DNA from: Promethearchaeota archaeon
GTDB taxonomy: Archaea; Asgardarchaeota; Heimdallarchaeia; Hodarchaeales; Hodarchaeaceae
Direction of reading: 5' to 3'
Length of the DNA: 64,000 nucleotides
Assembly: GCA_048938105.1 (NCBI GenBank)
Contig: JBHLMN010000016.1
Coordinates: 64,001 to 128,000 of the forward strand
Made by a program: the position numbers and the translations under genes. The notes under the pieces are model-generated. The model made no database searches. It saw only the letters and a list, made by a program, of their open reading frames with translations, and was not told where the DNA came from. This document shows positions 61,076 to 64,000 of this stretch, in pieces. Within the stretch, counting starts at the first letter, position 1. Every line of letters starts with the position of its first letter.

Positions 61076-62632
61076 GTGAGTAGTGAGATGGCCCACCAGC
61101 GAAAGACGTGGAAACGGTTTTTAAACATTATTCTATCTCGACTTCCTTCCTGCATCGAAAAATATTCACCTAAAGACCAAGTCCTTCTGATTGATTTTTT
61201 GGAGATCCTTCAACACTATGAAGAAGCTGACTTTAATAGAAATAAACTCTTTAATAGGATTAATAAATTCAATCAGAAATATTTTGGGTCTGATCAATAT
61301 GAAAAAACTCCTTTTTTGTGGTTTGCTTACTCATATTATTCAAATGCAAACTTAATACTTAGTGTTGCAAGGTTCCATGCTGATGATTTTTATGAATTTT
61401 TGGTAAAACTCCTTCGTGATCACAATGAGATAAAAGGATGCTTCAAACTCATATGTGAAAATACTCCATTACTAGATCTCGCCTGGGAACAATTGCAATA
61501 TTTAAGTGCAAAACTAGTTCCCTTAACTTCTGATCATTTACACTGCCTTGAAACTATATATTCATATGTTACAGAGGCAGGGATTAACTCTCTTAATCAG
61601 AATCGATTGAAAGATGCAATTTCAAGTCGAACCAGAAGTATCAAAATTATTCAAGATTTTCCAGATCTTTTGACTCTTTTAGAAGCCCGCTGGAGATTAT
61701 TATTTTATCCTCCTGCATTTGAAATAGAAACACTTTACTTTCAGTTTCAAATTAATGAATCAATACCTTTTTTAGAGATTATTGATATTAAAAATGCGAA
61801 GAACACTACATTTTGCAGTAGTACAATTTTTAATGTAAGAGGACTTAAGAACACATACATAGGATTAATTGCAATTCCCTCCCAATTAATAGAAAGACTG
61901 AAATCTTATCTTAAAATCTGTGAGCAAAAAGGAAAATTGATTCTAAAGGACATGTCTCAGATCATCAATATCCAGATGAGTTATTCATTATCCAATTATA
62001 AAACTGATAAAGGATGGCATAACCTTACAGAGACGGAATGGAAACGGCTCTCTCGCCCAGTTAAAACTTCTCGCCCTCGAAAAAGACGAATAAAACCTTC
62101 ATCTTTCTTTCTAACTTCTCCTTTTAATAATGATTTTAATTATCAACAACATCCTAAGGCTGATGAACTTCTCAGAATATATTGTAAATCTCAACGAACT
62201 TTTACATACGGTGAGCTGCCTTTTGGTAATACAGGAAATCAATCCACATTGAGTTTCTCCAAGAAAGAGATAGGAGTTTTGAGAGATTTATTTGAGTCTA
62301 AAGTGCTTCAAGTGGATTTAGTTTTAAATAAACTAAATCAGGAGTTTTCATGGGATCTTTTTTGGATAAGAATTCCAAAATTAATACCTTTAGAACAGCT
62401 TTCTCGCATATTGGAGCTTCTACCTTGGACCAGAATATATTATACGAGGTCAGATATTCATTTATTGACCTTTCTGACATCGAAACTAGCCCAATGGATG
62501 AGTAGTGATTTAGAATGGATAGTTATCCCAGTAATAAGTCTACATTATCCAATTACTCCTTCTTTAGACTGGTATGACCTTGAAACCAATCAATGGATTA
62601 CCCCTTATATGTTAAAATCACCATTGTATTAA
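61076..62632 (+). CDS. hypothetical protein
   Basis: 518-aa ORF with no recognisable catalytic motif. Confidence 0.65.
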   Translation: MSSEMAHQRKTWKRFLNIILSRLPSCIEKYSPKDQVLLIDFLEILQHYEEADFNRNKLFNRINKFNQKYFGSDQYEKTPFLWFAYSYYSNANLILSVARFHADDFYEFLVKLLRDHNEIKGCFKLICENTPLLDLAWEQLQYLSAKLVPLTSDHLHCLETIYSYVTEAGINSLNQNRLKDAISSRTRSIKIIQDFPDLLTLLEARWRLLFYPPAFEIETLYFQFQINESIPFLEIIDIKNAKNTTFCSSTIFNVRGLKNTYIGLIAIPSQLIERLKSYLKICEQKGKLILKDMSQIINIQMSYSLSNYKTDKGWHNLTETEWKRLSRPVKTSRPRKRRIKPSSFFLTSPFNNDFNYQQHPKADELLRIYCKSQRTFTYGELPFGNTGNQSTLSFSKKEIGVLRDLFESKVLQVDLVLNKLNQEFSWDLFWIRIPKLIPLEQLSRILELLPWTRIYYTRSDIHLLTFLTSKLAQWMSSDLEWIVIPVISLHYPITPSLDWYDLETNQWITPYMLKSPLY

Positions 62633-63219
62633 GTAAATAGAAGCTGAAGCTCAACATAAGCAAGAAAAGAAAAAAGAGGATGAGGGGAAATGGATAGCAT
62701 CTCCCCGATTTGGTTGAAATAGAATGTTTAAACAATTATGGAAAAGGAGGAGTCGTACCTGGGGGCATCATTTAGACCTCATCCCTCCACTCCAATAGTT
62801 CAATATAACATCCTAACTATTCTCTAGATAAAATCTCCGTGATAGATACTACGATCGTTCTTTTAATAACACCTAAGAATTTTAAAAAAGATATTTAGAA
62901 AAGCAGTCTTGATTTACCACGAATTAATATATCTTATTTCTATTATAATCTCCTGACTTCTAATAAATTTATAGAAGCCTCTTAATAATAAAAACAATCT
63001 AAAATTCATGATTGAAAGCAAAAATATTGAAAAAACTCCTTTAAAGGTCAGAAAGAGCTAGTGAACTATAACAGATGAAGTGGGTGATTTTCTACAAATT
63101 CTCGGGATCTAGAAATACTCCAATAATGGAAAAAGGGGTTTTTTCCCATTTATTCCACACCTGAGGAAATAGGGTTTCCAACTAACTTAGTTAACCCCAT
63201 ATAACGCATCCAAGAGAAT

Positions 63220-64000
63220 CTATTTGATTGGATCAAAAACTAAATTCTGATAGGAATCGTGTAATCTTTTTTGTAAAGGAAGATTCTGGAGTTTATCTTG
63301 GTTCATAAGGGATTGCAATTCGACTGAAAAATTATTTGTCTTTAGGAGAGAAATTTGACCATTAATCGAAATGATACAACGTCGTTCATCAGGTTTTGCT
63401 TTTAAAAGGTTGCGAAATTGTTCATACTCATTCTTGGTTAAGCCAAGTAAGTTGGATATGACATAAGGATCAAATTTTGTAAAGAAAACAGTCACAACTC
63501 CTGCGTTAGTTAGTATAGGCTGTTTAACTATCGGATCAGTGCCAATAAAAATCATGGATATATCGTAAGCTCTTAAAGTCCAAGGGCCTTTAGCGATCAT
63601 CGTCTCTGAAGTCCTAGCTCTGGGACTCTTAGCTGGAATGAGTTTTTGAATCTCATCTAGGATGAAAATATTCTTAGGAAGAGTTTCTTCCTTGAAAGGT
63701 GATCGAAAGCTTCTAACGAAATAGTAAATATATTGCAGCACTACATTTAAGAAAATTTGCCTTCCACTTTGATCTTCCATGGATTCAAAGGCAGAAAGGT
63801 CAATAATAGCGTTATGTTCTAATAAATCAGATATTTCATAAGTTGTTTTGTGAACGGTGAAACATCTGCCCGTATTGCCAAATAAAAGCTTTTCAATGCA
63901 ATTCATGATACCAGCAGTTGTATTTTCTAGATAGGCACCTTTCATTCCTAATTTATCAGGTATTTTAAGCCACTTGAGCAATGTTTGAAAATCACCTTGA
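63220..64000 (-). CDS. HerA/VirB4/FtsK-like P-loop ATPase, C-terminal part (runs off window end)
   Basis: AIIDLS, Walker B-like FILDEIQK, LRAYDISMIF; frame is open to the window edge. Confidence 0.65.
   Translation of the reverse strand, partial: QGDFQTLLKWLKIPDKLGMKGAYLENTTAGIMNCIEKLLFGNTGRCFTVHKTTYEISDLLEHNAIIDLSAFESMEDQSGRQIFLNVVLQYIYYFVRSFRSPFKEETLPKNIFILDEIQKLIPAKSPRARTSETMIAKGPWTLRAYDISMIFIGTDPIVKQPILTNAGVVTVFFTKFDPYVISNLLGLTKNEYEQFRNLLKAKPDERRCIISINGQISLLKTNNFSVELQSLMNQDKLQNLPLQKRLHDSYQNLVFDPIK

Noticed and set aside
345-62480. Numerous 60-130 aa ORFs antisense to or nested in housekeeping genes
   Set aside because: They overlap well-supported genes and have no motifs of their own

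Overview
AT-rich archaeal chromosomal segment, most likely an Asgard archaeon (Heimdallarchaeia/Hodarchaeales-like). This assignment is inferred from an OSTC/DC2-like eukaryotic signature protein, tandem EF-1alpha paralogues and dispersed core operons. Most of the window is housekeeping: rpo1N/rpo1C (rpo1C carries a 531-aa LAGLIDADG intein), rpo3, rpo11, 18 ribosomal protein genes, NusA, KsgA, a TFB-like protein, HerA-NurA, RecJ-like DHH, Pcc1, PAN, MBF1 and eight tRNA genes. Two things stand out. (1) A 6.83-kb insertion (12458-19286) begins exactly at the 5' end of an IscB omega-RNA scaffold and ends immediately before ATGA, a TAM-like motif. Removing it restores an in-frame 174-aa tandem pilin-like membrane gene. 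Besides iscB it carries a coupled three-gene module (helical protein, HExxH zincin-like protein, atypical trimeric dCTP deaminase) and a GT4 glycosyltransferase, with no transposase. It looks like a cargo-carrying OMEGA element whose predicted guide matches the empty allele. (2) Six of the eight tRNAs carry 12 introns in total, 8 at non-canonical sites. These include two triple-intron tRNAs: Ser-TGA with an 8/9 intron, and Trp with an intron-encoded box C/D guide. All calls were made by eye from motifs; no database searches were run.
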